A stretch of 64,000 nucleotides of DNA. It comes from Neophaeotheca triangularis. Lineage: Eukaryota. Under the pieces are notes generated by a model that saw only the letters and a program-made list of their open reading frames with translations, was not told where the DNA came from and made no database searches. Location: positions 806,001 through 870,000 of the forward strand of contig BAAIJX010000001.1 of NCBI GenBank assembly GCA_054600435.1, written 5' to 3'. Below, in pieces: positions 24,409 through 38,098 of the stretch; within the stretch, counting starts at the first letter, position 1; the number at the start of each line of letters is the position of its first letter. Position numbers and translations under genes: made by a program.

Positions 24409-27286
24409 ATGGAAGCAGCATTGCGATGGTCGCCACATTCGGCGGGCGACAAAGGCAAATTTCTTCTCGCCAATGCCAGCGACCCGAGCATTACACTCAA
24501 TCAACTCGACTCGCTTGAACAATCGTCAGTATCCTATCATGCCATTGCGCGAAGCGGCAAGCTCCCTAGCTTCGGCGCGTTCGATCAATCCAAGACCGAC
24601 GAGTCCAAAGTGGCGCTGGGTCTTTCTACCGGCAATGCAACTGTCGTCAAGCTGAGAAGTGATGCGAAGGGCTCGCAAGAGCCGGAAACCACCTTCCGTA
24701 TCAAACAGCAACGAAAGTGTAACTCGATATCTTTCAATTCTGAAGACTGGCTCGCTGTGGCACTCGACAGGACTCGGTCAGACGTTTCGTTGAACATTTA
24801 CGACGCAAAGACCGAGAACCAGGAACCTATCAGAAAACTTTGTGCTGCTGAGTTGGTGTCAAGCGTGCGTTATCTTCCTAGTCAGCCGCAACAGCTGGTG
24901 GCTTCGGTTCAACGGTCTCATATTCGCCTTTACGATCTAAGAGGTTGGTACAAAGTCGTCCAAAATCCATATTGATGCGCACGAGCTCACAACAACAGAT
25001 GGCCACGCCAGTAGCGGGGCTAGTGTGCAAGTTGCGACAAGGAACGTCAATAACATCGCCATTGATCCACTTGATGAGAATTACTTTGCTTCCGCAGGAT
25101 CGACCGACGATCCCTCTGTTACGGTATGGGACAGGAGATGGATCGGTCGAGCATCCCAATATCTCTACCCGAGCCTGGACGGTGGCAGCAATGGTGAGGT
25201 CTTCCACTTTCGACCCGCTGTCGACAACGCCGCCAAGACAACCATCTGGAGCTTACGTTTCTCGGGCTTGCAACGCGGCCGTCTTGCCATTTGCTCAAGT
25301 ACAGGTCAATTGAAAGTTGTTGATGTGGCCCGTGGGTCTCCAACGGGAGCTGCAATCTCGGAATATCGACCCCATAACCCATATGGCGGCAGTGCTTGGG
25401 CCTCTAACCGCTACGTATCAAAGACGCAAAGTATCGAAATTCCCGCGGACAGACCGAAAGATTCGCGAATAGTTGCTTTTGACTGGATACCGCAATTCTC
25501 GGATAGCAGAAGCCAGCCTTTGCTGGCCTTGAGGAAAAACGAAGAGATAAGCTCTGTCTGGCTCGGAACCGACAACCCAAAGGCGGAAATCACTGCAAAG
25601 CAGGAACTATGTATTGTTTCGAAAGATGTTACTATTACGGAGCCTCACACACGTTCCGGGCATCGACCATCTACAATCTCGGAAACTCATCCATTGTACC
25701 AAGGCTTGAGAGGAAACAGCGATGCGGCTCCTCACCTTGAGGATGAGGATGAGCCACTCAAATTGAGACCAGGATCAGCGCCCCTTGCCCAGGTTCTCTC
25801 GAAATCAACCATTCAACATCGTCGCTGCCTCAAAGGTTATCTCCTCGACTGCCAGAAGAATGAAGAAATCGTAGCGGGCGATTGGATGCTGGAACGCTTG
25901 TGGGAAATAGTCAACCGCTTCAGGATTCAAGCTCAAGACGATAGTATGGTATGCTCGACACTCGATCTTAGTTTTGTCGGCGTCGCGGGTATTTGGCTTG
26001 AGAAGCCTGGAAAGAGTCCAAATCGTCACGTCGGTGGCACCAAGACATCTATGTACGACGCCGTTGTCGGGCTGAATGCCGCACAAGAGCTACCCCCTTT
26101 CGAAGGCGAACGTACCGAATACCCAGAGCACAGGCAACTATGCCTCGCTGCCTGTGGCTGGAAGTTTACCCCCGAAACCCTCGAGGCAGAATGTCAGGAG
26201 CTCATTGACCGCGGCCTACACTATCAAGCAATAGTGCAAGCCGTCCTTCACGAAAGGAAACACATTGCGCTCAATCTCCTGCGCTCTCTCATTCGGAGTA
26301 AGACTATTCCCAACATTGGCTTGGGTGCTCTGCTAGCCGCCGACCACCTCAACGATGAGCAGCGTGAAATGTGTCAATGGATGCAAGCAGATACTCACGA
26401 CACTCCTCTAAAAGCCCTCCTCACCTTCCTATCGAGCGGCAACTGGCGCGATGTCATGAAGACCAACTACCTCCACCTCGGCTACCGCGTCGCCCTAGGA
26501 CTAAAGTACCTCAACGATACCGAACTCAGCGGCTTCATCCAGTCCGAAACCGCGCGCGCCGTCAAAAACGGCGACCTGGAAGGCATCCTGCTCACTGGCC
26601 TAGAAGAGCAAAGCATGGACCTCTTCCAAACCTACATAACCAAAACCAACGACCTCCAGACCGCCGTGCTCGCCACGGCCTTCACAAACCCCCTCTACGT
26701 CCAAGACATCCGGTGGCAAATGTGGAAAGAAATTTACTTTGAGCAAATGCAGCACTGGCGCGCTTTCACGCAGCGCGTGCGCTTCACCACCCAGCACGCC
26801 CGCATGGCGCGCTCTCGAGACGGCAAAAGCCTGCAAGCGCCGCCGCAAAAGCAAGTCCAGTTGCGCTGCCAGCACTGCCACGCTTCGCTCGCGCGAGACC
26901 GTTCGCCGCAAAGAACCCGCATCGGTCCCTCGAGCTTCCAAGCTTCCTCTACCCCCAACCGTCCCGCGACCGAAACCAGCTGCCCGCAGTGCCACCGCCC
27001 GATGCCCAGGTGCGGGATCTGTTTGCTCTGGCTGGGGACTCCGTATCCCAAGGAAAGCCAGACTTCACCCCGGGGGAGCGAGACCGCGGAAACCGGGGAC
27101 GACGACGACGCCCCGACGCCCTGGAAAGTTGGCGGCGGGAGTCTGGAGAGTTTTGCCACGTTTTGCATGGTTTGCAAACATGGCTTTCATGCCGAGCACG
27201 CCCAGTTGTGGTTTGCGAAGCACAGGGTCTGTCCTATACCGGACTGCTCGTGTAAGTGTGGGGTTGGGTATACAGGACAGGCGTGA
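24409..27286 (+). CDS. SEA4: SEACAT/GATOR2 subunit Sea4 (MIOS-like), WD40 plus C-terminal RING-like zinc finger, 2 exons
   Basis: Exon 24409-24943, intron 24944-24998, exon 24999-27286; WD repeats (IRLYDLR, VTVWDRR), GDLEGILLTGL, CPQCHRPMPRCGIC and CKHGFHAEHAQLWFAKHRVCPIPDCSCKC. Confidence 0.88.
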
Positions 27287-28236
27287 GAGCGAGAGGGACA
27301 GTCATCGGGAGGGGGTTGATCGAGACGGAGGATAGGGCGGTTTCTGACTGTTCAGTTGCTTTTATGGGTCCGAAGGTGGGATTGGATCTCCTTGCAGGAG
27401 GCTCCCGCTGAAGAAGGCTTCTTGGAGTTGCTGGGATATCTGGATTTGTAGCCAGACAGGCTTGCGAGACCTTTTAAATCAGGAGTCATGTCCACAATGG
27501 AGAAAGTGGACTTGGCCGAATGAGCTTGCCATTATTCTACTCCCCAACTTCTCCCTGATCTCGTCTTTCAGACATTACCACGACAGTTGACACGCGGGCC
27601 GGAGACTTTGAATCGCCTCGTGTGTATGTACGTACCTCTGTCTCTTCACTCTTAATGAGTCGTAGAATAACTGGCAGCAGCACAACACAAGACCAGAAGC
27701 GGAAAGACACGCTGGCACGCACCAATCACACCAAACCGCTCACCGGTGAGCATTAATCGGGCGCGATGAATAGTCTGGGAAGCGGAGCGCGATCAACAAC
27801 AAGCCAGTCAGACTCGGTCCCAAGACCTGCTGTGGTATCACTTGTGCTACGAACCCAGACCCAGCACCCCCGGCGAGAGCTTTGTACACTACCTCCTGTA
27901 CGGCATGTGCTGTGACAACCAAGTCCACACCCAGCCGTACCCCTTGGCAACTTCTCTCGTAGGGCAGAGCAGAATAGGTAGACGACGCGAATCATGACAA
28001 TAATCGTTCGCTAATAATAAGACGCCGCACCGTTACCACGCGGCCGGAACGGCAGGAGCGGAGACCAGACGTTTTTTCTCTTCTCCCAAGAAGAATGTTT
28101 GCGTCTATGCTGACGTTGCTGTGGTGTTTAGAATTTTGCGGAAAATTCTATCACTGTCGCGGTTTGTTGAGGCGGCGCGGTAGTCGCTGTAAAGACGAAC
28201 CGAGGGGCCAGATGCCGTTGAATGCCTAAATACTAC

Positions 28237-28270
<34 letters not shown>
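28237..28270. repeat. (AAT)n microsatellite
   Basis: About 11 perfect AAT units. Confidence 0.9.
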
Positions 28271-28271
<1 letters not shown>

Positions 28272-30185
28272 CTCCATGGAAGATGATAAATGGAAAATGG
28301 AAAATGTGCTGAGGTGTCTTGGCCCTCTTGGGATAGTAGCGGAATTTTCGGGACATGCGGAATGTGAGCCGGAATGCTGCTCGCCTACATATGTATCATC
28401 AGTCAATACCTGGGTACCGTTCGCGAGCCTGTTCTTGGCCGATCTACCAGAATCAAAATCAGAAAGTCGAGGAAGTACCTAGGTAGTATGGAAGAAATGC
28501 ATCTCATCTTGCACAGCCATGTCGCTGCGCCTTGCGCTTGCCACGCCTGCATGTTGCCAGGTAGGTGGTACACGGTGGTACACGGTGGTAGGTTACAGGT
28601 AGTCGAAAAGAGGGGCAAGATAGCCAAGCACGACAAGCTTCTCCCTATGCAAGCCCCCATATAGATCAGGTACACGCCATGGGGAAGGTCATGAAGCTCG
28701 CTTGGCGTCGGGAGTTCAGGTTCTTTTCGTGCTAGGTACTAGGTACTGCCGACTGCCACGTGAATGCTTCGCGGATGCAATGCGTATAGTACTTTGCGGT
28801 GACATGGAAGCCATCGAGGGCCAGAAAGGAGAAGACTAGTACGAGCCGACATCGGCGAGGTCAGTATCTACCTGTACCTATCTGGAATACAATTTAGACG
28901 ACGATAATGATAGTAATAACGATAAATACTAGCGCTGCCCGGGCACTACTAGAAGAGCCATGGCCCATGTTGCACGACCACGACCTCCGTCGCAAGGGTC
29001 TGGCCGCATGTGGTCTAGCGTCTCTTGGAAGGCTGAAGTGGATCTCCGGGATAATAACTAATGGACCTACTTTACCTTACCAGGTGCCCGTTGTTGAAAT
29101 TGATGAGTGAGTCTCTATCCATCGGGTAGACCGATGTTGAGCGATTCATGCGCCCACGCTTTTGCGTCGTCGGGCAGATACTTTGGGAGTTCGAATCAGG
29201 CGGCGTGTAATCCAAAGATACCGGCCGAGTCTAGGGCGGAGGGCTTTCCGCGGAGCTGCGAAGGAATTTTCTTTGATTGGCGCAGGGAAAACCCGGCTTA
29301 CACACCTATACCTTGGATATGTATACAGGTACTCGAGTGAAGCAGAAGCAGTATGGTATCACGACTTGAAAGCAAAATAAGCAGCATGGTGGTATGCCAG
29401 TCAGCTAACCAACCAAGCGAGTTGCTCGGGAAACGTCTACATCTTTGTAGTTCGTACTGCCACCTCAGCAGTATCATCTCATCTCGTCTCGTTTAGAGCT
29501 CGCATTTGGTTTAACAAGCTGCAGCCCAAAGGGTAGTGACGTGACTAGTGTGGGGATGGGGATGGACCTGTTCCGTCTCCGTTTTCCTTGACTCTTGAGG
29601 TGGTAGTGGTGCTCTTTCTGTCATGATATCGTATCGTATCGTGGGAGGAGTAACGTTACCCCTACTAACACCGTCTTCGTCCCCCCGACACCGCACGTCG
29701 AACCAACACCCAACGCCTGCATAACCTTTCACTCTTCCATTGTTGTCCGTCCTCTTTCACCTAGTACCTCTCTCACTACTACCCAACCCTACCTACTGCT
29801 ACGGAACATCTCCCAGTAGCCAAGACCGGTCTACTGCACGTCTTCTGCCCTGCGCCTTGACATCCACTGCTATACAGCACTTGGCGCGCGTGCCTCAATC
29901 ATCATCTTCTCCATCATCATCATCATCATCACAGCCCTGGAGTGTCGCGGCTGCGCAAAGCAAATACACTGCATTGACCCCCTCACTCATTATTGTCGCT
30001 CTGTGACGAAAAAATTTGTCCGTCTTGACTCTTTCTTCGTACCAATTTGACTCGCTTGACTACCTGACCCTCCGCAACACGTCCCTCCCTACTTAGTACC
30101 TTGGCTTCTATCCTGGGCCACGCCGCCTCTTCCCCAAAGGCTTCGTCCTTGACCTAAAACCAGGCATTGGCCATCACTACGGCGG

Positions 30186-33100
30186 ATGAACAGGGAAATG
30201 GAACATGCTCCTCCCCACGAGTATGCCGACTCGGCCAGCGATGCCGATTCTTATGATGGCGACCACGATATCAAGCCCGACTTGAACTCACCGGCCGCGA
30301 CTGGATCCAATGGAAATCGGGCGATCAAATCAAACTATTCGCTGCAGAAGAGGCGGCGAGTCAGTCGTGCCTGTGACGAATGTCGCCGGAAGAAGATCAA
30401 GTGCGATGGTAAACAGCCATGTACCCATTGCACTGTCTATAGTTATGGTAGGTCAACTGCTTGATATAACTGAAGCGTTCGCTGCAGACACAATCAGCTG
30501 AGACAGGTCTCCAACGCAGAATGTACCTATGACCAGCCTTCGAACCGACGTAGAAACCCCGCTCCAGCCTATGTCGAAAACCTCGAGCACCGTGTCCACC
30601 GCGCCGAAGCCCTGTTACATATTCTCATACCCAATCTCGACCTGAACGATCCTGGAATCGATGCTGCTGTGGCCCAAGGATGGATACCCGGCGCCCCGGG
30701 CAAAGGCGATCCCACAGCAGCGGCTCGGCAGCAGCAGCAACAGCAGAGACAAGCCCAGCGTATGGCTTCGCAGCAACAGACGAGCATGCATAGACAGCAA
30801 CAGCAACAGCCGGCGCAGCAACAGCAGGGTGCGCCAGTCGAAGGCAACAAATCCGACACCAACCTCGAGAGCATGATGAGAGCTGTTGCGCAGCTTGACA
30901 TGGACGAGCAAGGCCATTGGGACTATCACGGCCACTCGTCCGGACTAAGCTTTGTGCGCCGCATGAGGGAGGAATTGGGAGAATTGATGGGCCCGGATAC
31001 CAAAGCTACGCCTTTTGTGAAATCGCGTCCAAAGTCGAATGTCATCGATTCGCCGAGATCAAACGCTGAATCTCCAGAGGACTCGGACATCTTTGTACCT
31101 GGAGCAGAGCTACCGGGCCGAGACATTGCTCGACAGCTCTGCTCAAATACCTTGGATGATGCTTCTTCCCTACTCCGTGTAGTCCACCAGCCTAGCTTCT
31201 GGAGTGCTTTTGATCGTATCTACGACACTCCTACCGACCACTACACCAACGACGACAATAGATTCCTGCCTCTGCTCTACAGTGTGCTTGCTCTGGGTTC
31301 GTTGTTCGGGAAAGACGAGACTAGCCCTCTAGTAAGAGACGGTTACGAAAGCGCGATTCAGCAAGGGTTCGCTTACTTCAGATCAGCGCGCCAGCTCATG
31401 GACATTGCAGACTGCAGAGATATGGAGTCAGTTCAGGCCGTTGTGTTCATGATCATCTTCATGCAGTCGACTGCCAAAATGTCGCAGTGCTACGCTTACG
31501 TCGGTGTGGCGCTTCGATCATCGTTGCGGATGGGACTTCACCGTGCCTATGCTGGCGACTTCAGTCCAATCGAAGCTGAAATCCGCAAACGACTGTTCTG
31601 GGTGGTCAGAAAAATGGACATATACGTTGGCGCACTGCTGGGGCTGCCACAGACTCTCAGCGACGAGGACATTGACCAGGAGTACCCAACCGAAGTGGAC
31701 GACGAGTATATCACAAAAGATGGTATACTGCCAATGCCGGAGGGGTCTGTTTCGAAGATTACAGCATTCAACGCGCACACCCGCCTCGTTCACATCATTC
31801 AGAAGATCGTACGCAAAGTCTACCCGATCAAGATCCCCGGCAAGGCAGGCAACACCGACAAATCGTACTCTGTGCCCTTTTCCACCATAAGAGAGATCGA
31901 GGGCGATCTGGAAAAGTGGAAGAATGATCTCAACCCCGCTTTCAATCCTTCGGACATACCCACCAAGTTCACTCGGATCCAGCAACTGCTACGTTTGGCA
32001 TACGCCCATGCCCAAGTCATGCTGTATCGCCCCTTTTTACATTTCGTGGCGACAGACAAACAATCGCAACCGGTCGATCAGAGGGCGTACGCGTGCGCGG
32101 CCTCGTTCGTCAACGTCTCGCGCAACATCATCCACATTACTGTACAAATGAAGCAGAAAGGGCTTTTGAACGGCGCTTTCTGGTTTATCATGTACACTGC
32201 GTTCTTCTCCGTTCTTTCTCTGATATACTTTGCAGCAGAGAACCCCGAAAATTTAACGACAGAGGCAGTTATGAAGGACGCTTTGGAAGGGAAACAAGTG
32301 CTCTCGGCGCTTGCGACTCGCAGTATGGCGGCTGATCGATGCACAGCAACGCTGGATGTTGTGTTTGCCCGTCTGCCTGACTGGATGCGCGAGGGGAAAC
32401 AGAACCCTAGCCGGAGCCGCAAAAGGCCACACGACGTCGGGCCATCCCATTCCTTGGGCAGTGACCCCAAGTTCTCGCGCAGCCACCCAGATGTGTCCGT
32501 GGTAGATGGAGACCCTCAAGCACCCAATCTACAGCGCCGCGCCAGCACTTTCCCAAAGCACAGCGACCCTGCCCCTAAAGTGGAGTCGCCGACTTCGTTC
32601 GACATGCCATGGACGCCTTACGGTGCTCCCGCGTTTGGACAACAGCCGCAGTCCGCGAACGGTTATCAGTCGAACCAGTTCCACAACTTCAACCCTACGA
32701 GTTCCATGTCCAGCAATATGTCCTTTCCTATGCCACATACGTCCAACAACCCGGCACTACCCGATCTTTCAGCCATGATGTTCCCGTCCGAGAACGAACC
32801 CCTGGTGTACCCCCATCAACCTCTGACGACTTTCGAAAACAACCAGCAAAACGCCAGACAAAACAACCAGTTCATAAACACCCAGCACCTCAACAACGGC
32901 ATGGGCAGCACGAGCCCAATGTCACAAATGACTCCTCGTGGAGACGACATGGAAGCGCAATTCTTTGCGCTGCCGCCTTATATCGAGCAGCAACGCCAGC
33001 AAGCACAGCACCACCAGCAGCAGCAATCCGGCATGAGAATGCCACCGGAAACCATGTACAGCAGCGCCTCCAACTTGGCCGGCATGAATGCGGTGCAGAT

Positions 33101-33245
33101 GCCCAACGGCAACGGCAACTGGCAAACGCAGAACACGATGCCACAACAGCAACCAGATGTCGGCGGTAACATCAACATTCAAGATTTGTTCGGGGGTACG
33201 GAGTGGAACCCTATGATCATGGACCTGGGCTACCGGCAGCAGTAG
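30186..33245 (+). CDS. ASG1: Zn(II)2Cys6 transcription factor with fungal TF middle-homology region, Asg1-like, 2 exons
   Basis: [33 protein letters not shown], intron 30448-30519, [16 protein letters not shown]; later [31 protein letters not shown] and YRPFLH. Confidence 0.88.
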
Positions 33246-33942
33246 GATGCGTCTATGCACGGGCTGGATCAACAGGGCGTAGCAGGGGAGCCATATCAGG
33301 GGTGGTATGGCGGAGTGTATGATGGTTATTCGAAGCAATAGCAGCTCGAATGTGAGGAGAACACGGGTGTCAGCACACTTTTACGCGTCGGAAATAAAGA
33401 TACCCCCGAGGGTTAGGCATTAGGTGTAATGGGGATGGCGCTGGGGTGGCTTTTCTTGTTTGGCTCGAGGGAGCATACTACGGATGGTGTTAATACGAGC
33501 TTAATGACCGTAGATGGTACCTGTAATGATTTTTGCACGATCAAGATTGTTACTTTTGGCGGATAACCTTTTGACATCTCAAGACCTCTTTCTATCTCCT
33601 TCATAATGTGATTGTTCTACTGATAGCAAATGATCTCAAATCTCGATGCTTTGAGTTTAAGAGCCTACACTACGTCAGTCCTCCAGCTTGCAGCACCTCA
33701 GCTGCCCGACCTCGACGCCAGCTTCAACCTTAATAAAGCTTCAAGCTCGACGGCATTTCCCTCTACCCAAGGTAAGTCTTCTCATCTCCTATTATTACAA
33801 CACCGCCGCTGCAACATGCCGCTCAAAACTACCAGCACCAACTAACCCAGCAACTCTCAAGAAAGCACACAAAAGCCGCCCCGCCCACCGCACCGCTCTC
33901 GCCAGGCGGCCCGCCACCTAGCCAACCAAACCCGGGGCCACC

Positions 33943-36900
33943 ATGGCGCCCAAAACCTCCTACAACCCCCTCGCCTTCCTACCAGCACAAGTCACTCTCA
34001 TCGCTTCGGCAATCTACCTCGCTCTCGGCGCCGTCCTGCTCTGGAACCACCACGTCGTGCCGCCGGCTCCCACGAATCCAGTGCCTGTCGAGGGTATCAA
34101 CTTGACGACCGCCTGGCTGGATTTAGGGTTCGTGAGCGATGGCTTTCATCCTTGGGGCAGTCGGCGGAATGAGGTCGTGAGAGAGTTCCTCATCCGGAGG
34201 GTGAGGGAGATTGTTGATCGGGTGGGGATTGTGCAGGGGTTGGGCAAGAAGGGGGGCAGGGAGGAGCAGGAGGAGGTGGTGCTTTTTGTGGATGATGTCG
34301 GTAATGTTACGTATACTTCGGCGGTTCCTGGGTTGCAGGGGGAGATGGTGCGGTATCAGGAGTCGACGAATGTTATGGTTTATATCCGGGGCGAGGAGGA
34401 TGAGGGGGGCAATTGGTGGGAGGAGGGCGGCAGGTATCCTGGGAAGCATGGCGGGGTTTTGGTGAATGCGCATTTCGACAGCGTGAGCACTGGCTATGGT
34501 GCTACGGACGATGGGGTGGGTGTTGCGACTGTGCTGCAGCTTATCAGCTACTTCACCGCCACGGGCAACAAGCCGAAGCATGGTATTGTTATGCTGCTTA
34601 ATAATGGCGAGGAGAATGGGCTTTATGGCGCGCATACTTATCTGCAGCACCCGGTCTCCTCTTTCCCGCGGACGTTCCTCAATCTCGAGGGTGCCGGTGC
34701 TGGTGGTCGAGCTACGCTTTTCCGGAGTACGGACGCCGAGGTCACGAAGTTTTACGCAAGCAGCCCGTACCCTTTTGGCTCTGTTGTGAGCGCTGACGGG
34801 TTCAAGCGTGGCTTGATTCGCTCTGGTACCGACTACTCTGTTTTCACCGAGGACGCCGGGATGCGCGGACTGGATGTTGCGTTCATGGAGCCCAGGGCTA
34901 GATATCACACAAACGAGGACGATGTCAAGGATACTTCAGAGGACAGCTTGTGGCATATGCTTAGTGCTGCGCTTGAGACCACGAAGAAGATGACGGAATA
35001 CGATGGTGACGAGTTTGATGGGAGACCCAATGACAAGGGTCGACTGGGTCTGCGAAAGGGGAGCGAGGGCGTCTGGTGGGATCTTTTTGGTCGTGCCTTT
35101 GCTGTTCTGGAGTTACCCACGCTATTCGCGCTATCCGTCACGCTCCTCGTCGCTGCTCCCATCATCCTGATAGTGGTTGAGGTCATCTTGGTGCGCAGCG
35201 ACAAGTGGTACCCATTCTCGCGGAGACAGTACTTGCATAATTCGGACGACGATGAAGCAGTTCAGCTGGGAGGATTTCGTGGCTTCTTCAGGACGCCAAT
35301 TGCTTTCATCTTCGCAACAGTGGCTACAGCGGCATTGGCATTCCTAATGGCCAAAGTGAACCCGTTGATTGTGTATTCGTCCGAGTACGCCGTCTGGGCC
35401 ATGATGCTCTGCGCGTGGTTCTCGATCGCTTGGTTCATCCTCGCCGGCGCCGATCGAGTGCGACCTACGGCTCTCGGAAGACTCTTCTCGCTGCTCTGGC
35501 TGTACGCCTTCTCCTGGGTGCTTGTAGTCGGCGCCACCGTGGGAGAAAACAATCTCCACATTGCGAGTGGCTACTTTCTCATCGTCTACAATTTCGCCAC
35601 GTTCGTCGCGCTACTGATTGGGTATCTTGAGCTCTTTGCTTTGCCCACCAAGACCCGATATGTCGAGCATGTTGCCGGACAACCTGACAATTTCGACGGC
35701 CAGTCAAGACGTAGTGTGTCTTCTAGCCGCCGTCCTGGCCATGCTACTGATCGCCAACGCGGCAGTGGAGAGGATGCCGACGACGCCAATGAACGTACTT
35801 CGCTCCTCCGTGGTGGAGATGAGAGGAACCAGAACACTTTCTCTCGGTATGGCAGACGCAGACATCCTGAGACTGATGGAGCACCGGAAGACACGCTCGA
35901 CCCTCTACTCGATGCAGCTTACGGCGAGGAGCAGGCCTGGAGTAGCTCGCTCGTGCAATGGACGTGGCTGATCCAGTTCTTGATCGTTATTCCGATCAAC
36001 ATCATCCTCATCGGGCAACTGGCTCTCCTCATGACCTCAGCGGTCCACCAAACGCCAGCAGATGGCAACCCGATATTGCCGATATACCTGTTAATGACGG
36101 CTATGGGGGTGTTCTTGCTGCTACCACTCATGCCGTTTTTGCACCGCTTCACCTACCACATCCCGACATTTCTCTTCCTCATCTTTATCGGCTGCCTCGT
36201 CTACAATCTCCTCGCCTTCCCGTTCTCGCGAGATGCACGCATGAAATTCTACTTTGTCCAATCAATCGACGTCGACACGGGCATGAACAAAGTCGCTCTC
36301 ACCGGCCTCGACGGCTACCTCCAAGACATCATCGCCGAGCTGCCGTCCGCAGCCGGCCAGAGCATCAACTGCGGCGAGACCGACTGGCCCACAGCAAAAA
36401 GACCCGGCCTCGAAACTTGCACCTGGTCCGGACTGACCCCAGGTATCGCCCCCTGGGGCAACGCCTCAACCTCGCACCTTCTCCCGGCCTTGGCCAACAG
36501 CACCAAACCCACCTTCCACCCCCTCAAAATCACCACCCCCGCCCCTTCAACTCCTCAAGATAACTCCACCGCGCTTGTAACCTTCTCGGCCCAAAACTCC
36601 AAAATCTCCCGCCTCATCTTCCCGCCAGAAACACCCATAACTCATCTCCACATCCTCAACGCCAGCGGCCCCGACCCCCGCTATCCGCGCATCTCCCCGC
36701 AACATCCCGCGACGGAGGTCCGCCTCTTCAGCCGCGATTTCGAAAAGCAATTTTCCATTGAAATCGGTTGGGAGGGCAAAGTGGCAAAGGGCATGAAAGG
36801 CCGCGTCGAGTATCTTTGGGACGACGTGGATTTGCCTACTGAAGGCGGGGGGAGGGCTATACCCGCTTTGGAAGAGGTGTGGCGATTCGCGCCGGTTTGG

Positions 36901-36960
36901 AGCACGCCTAGTAAGGCTGGTGATGGGTTGGTGGAGGGGAGGAGGGAGTTTGAGATTTGA
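33943..36960 (+). CDS. PFF1: Vacuolar membrane protease (peptidase M28, FXNA/ERMP1-like)
   Basis: VLVNAHFDSV, GATDDGVGV, NNGEENGL, FLNLEGAGAGG, TDYSVF and PRARYHT, followed by multiple TM helices. Confidence 0.92.
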   Translation: MAPKTSYNPLAFLPAQVTLIASAIYLALGAVLLWNHHVVPPAPTNPVPVEGINLTTAWLDLGFVSDGFHPWGSRRNEVVREFLIRRVREIVDRVGIVQGLGKKGGREEQEEVVLFVDDVGNVTYTSAVPGLQGEMVRYQESTNVMVYIRGEEDEGGNWWEEGGRYPGKHGGVLVNAHFDSVSTGYGATDDGVGVATVLQLISYFTATGNKPKHGIVMLLNNGEENGLYGAHTYLQHPVSSFPRTFLNLEGAGAGGRATLFRSTDAEVTKFYASSPYPFGSVVSADGFKRGLIRSGTDYSVFTEDAGMRGLDVAFMEPRARYHTNEDDVKDTSEDSLWHMLSAALETTKKMTEYDGDEFDGRPNDKGRLGLRKGSEGVWWDLFGRAFAVLELPTLFALSVTLLVAAPIILIVVEVILVRSDKWYPFSRRQYLHNSDDDEAVQLGGFRGFFRTPIAFIFATVATAALAFLMAKVNPLIVYSSEYAVWAMMLCAWFSIAWFILAGADRVRPTALGRLFSLLWLYAFSWVLVVGATVGENNLHIASGYFLIVYNFATFVALLIGYLELFALPTKTRYVEHVAGQPDNFDGQSRRSVSSSRRPGHATDRQRGSGEDADDANERTSLLRGGDERNQNTFSRYGRRRHPETDGAPEDTLDPLLDAAYGEEQAWSSSLVQWTWLIQFLIVIPINIILIGQLALLMTSAVHQTPADGNPILPIYLLMTAMGVFLLLPLMPFLHRFTYHIPTFLFLIFIGCLVYNLLAFPFSRDARMKFYFVQSIDVDTGMNKVALTGLDGYLQDIIAELPSAAGQSINCGETDWPTAKRPGLETCTWSGLTPGIAPWGNASTSHLLPALANSTKPTFHPLKITTPAPSTPQDNSTALVTFSAQNSKISRLIFPPETPITHLHILNASGPDPRYPRISPQHPATEVRLFSRDFEKQFSIEIGWEGKVAKGMKGRVEYLWDDVDLPTEGGGRAIPALEEVWRFAPVWSTPSKAGDGLVEGRREFEI

Positions 36961-37355
36961 TTAGAGGTTTTGAGCTGATTGTGGGAGATCGCGAGTTGGG
37001 TTGGGGTAGTTGGTGCTGTGTAGATTACTTGCTGGCTAGGAATAGACCTCTTTTTTTTCCCCTTCCGTCCGTGCAAGTGAGTAGTCTTTCTTTGCTCCTT
37101 TTTCTTTTTCTTTTTTTTTCCTTTTTTTTTTTTTTTTAGGGTTGGGGCGGCGGTGAAGAGGCATCCCGAACGCAACAAAACACAGACAGCACTTGGATGA
37201 CCACGTCTCCGTCTCTAACATCACCATACCGTGATGTTCACCGACCCAAGTACCTAGCGTCAACAATGCCAGTCAATATATTTTGCAGAAAAAAATCATT
37301 CGGACCGTCGGTTTCGGATTTAGGCTTTCGATCCCACTTCTTCAGCTACGGCCAC

Positions 37356-37437
37356 GCCTCGATAGTATAACGGTTAGTACAACAGTCTCATAACCGTGAG
37401 AAATCTGTGGATGACAGTTCGATTCTGTCTCGAGGCA
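37356..37437 (+). tRNA. tRNA-Met(CAT), elongator type, with 10-nt intron (37393-37402)
   Basis: Acceptor GCCTCGA/TCGAGGC plus A; D arm; anticodon stem ACAGT/TCTGT with the U31-U39 pair typical of elongator Met; loop CT-CAT-A; T arm GACAG-TTCGATT-CTGTC; T-runs downstream. Confidence 0.93.
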
Positions 37438-37992
37438 CTCTTAAATGTTGAAGGGAATGATCAACTTATTTCCTTTTCTTTTGCTTTTCTTTTGACCCTA
37501 TTTCGCTTTTTTTTTTTTTTTTTTGCCCTATGTAGTTCAATGGAATAGTATACTGACTCTACAGATTGCTCCTAGCCGGGTATCAGATAGTGCACTCAAA
37601 TGCCTAGTCTCGATTTATTACCGAAGAGCTACCTACGTACACCACGCAAAGAGACGACTTGCCCGTTGAAAGAAAGCATAGAGAATGGTGAACACGAGAA
37701 AAAGTTTGAAACATTTTTCCTACAAGGTCGCTGCGTTTGAAACAGACGTCGCTACTTCTTTATCAGATGATCTCGCAGACCCAAACACGCATGTCAAACC
37801 CAGCAATAATCGCCCTAGGATTCGATACCATGACTGCTGTTGACCGCGCCGTCAGTTTCAAAGGTTGAATTCTGTTCGCCTTAGCGGGGCTGTTGGCTCG
37901 GGCACGGACTCTATCAAAAAGGCACGGCCCCTGTCAGCGGAAAAGGGCACTGTCCCCCCCCCCTCTCCCCCCCGGCTGCAAAAAGCCCAGTC

Positions 37993-38003
37993 AAAAAACA
38001 AAA
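37993..38003 (-). terminator. Pol III oligo-T terminator of the 5S gene
   Basis: Minus strand reads TTTTGTTTTTT, 17-27 nt after the 5S 3' end. Confidence 0.7.
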
Positions 38004-38098
38004 GTCCAAAGAAGAACATACATACAACAGGTGGGATTCCCACGTGGTCACCCACCGTAGTACTAATCACCCGCTTTAGTGCTTGAATTTGGCAGAGC

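Noticed and set aside
37191..37251. Nested stems ACTTGG/CCAAGT and AACATCAC/GTGATGTT with C/D-like boxes
   Set aside because: The boxes are non-canonical (TGGATGA, CCGA), the span is too short and no guide target was recognised.
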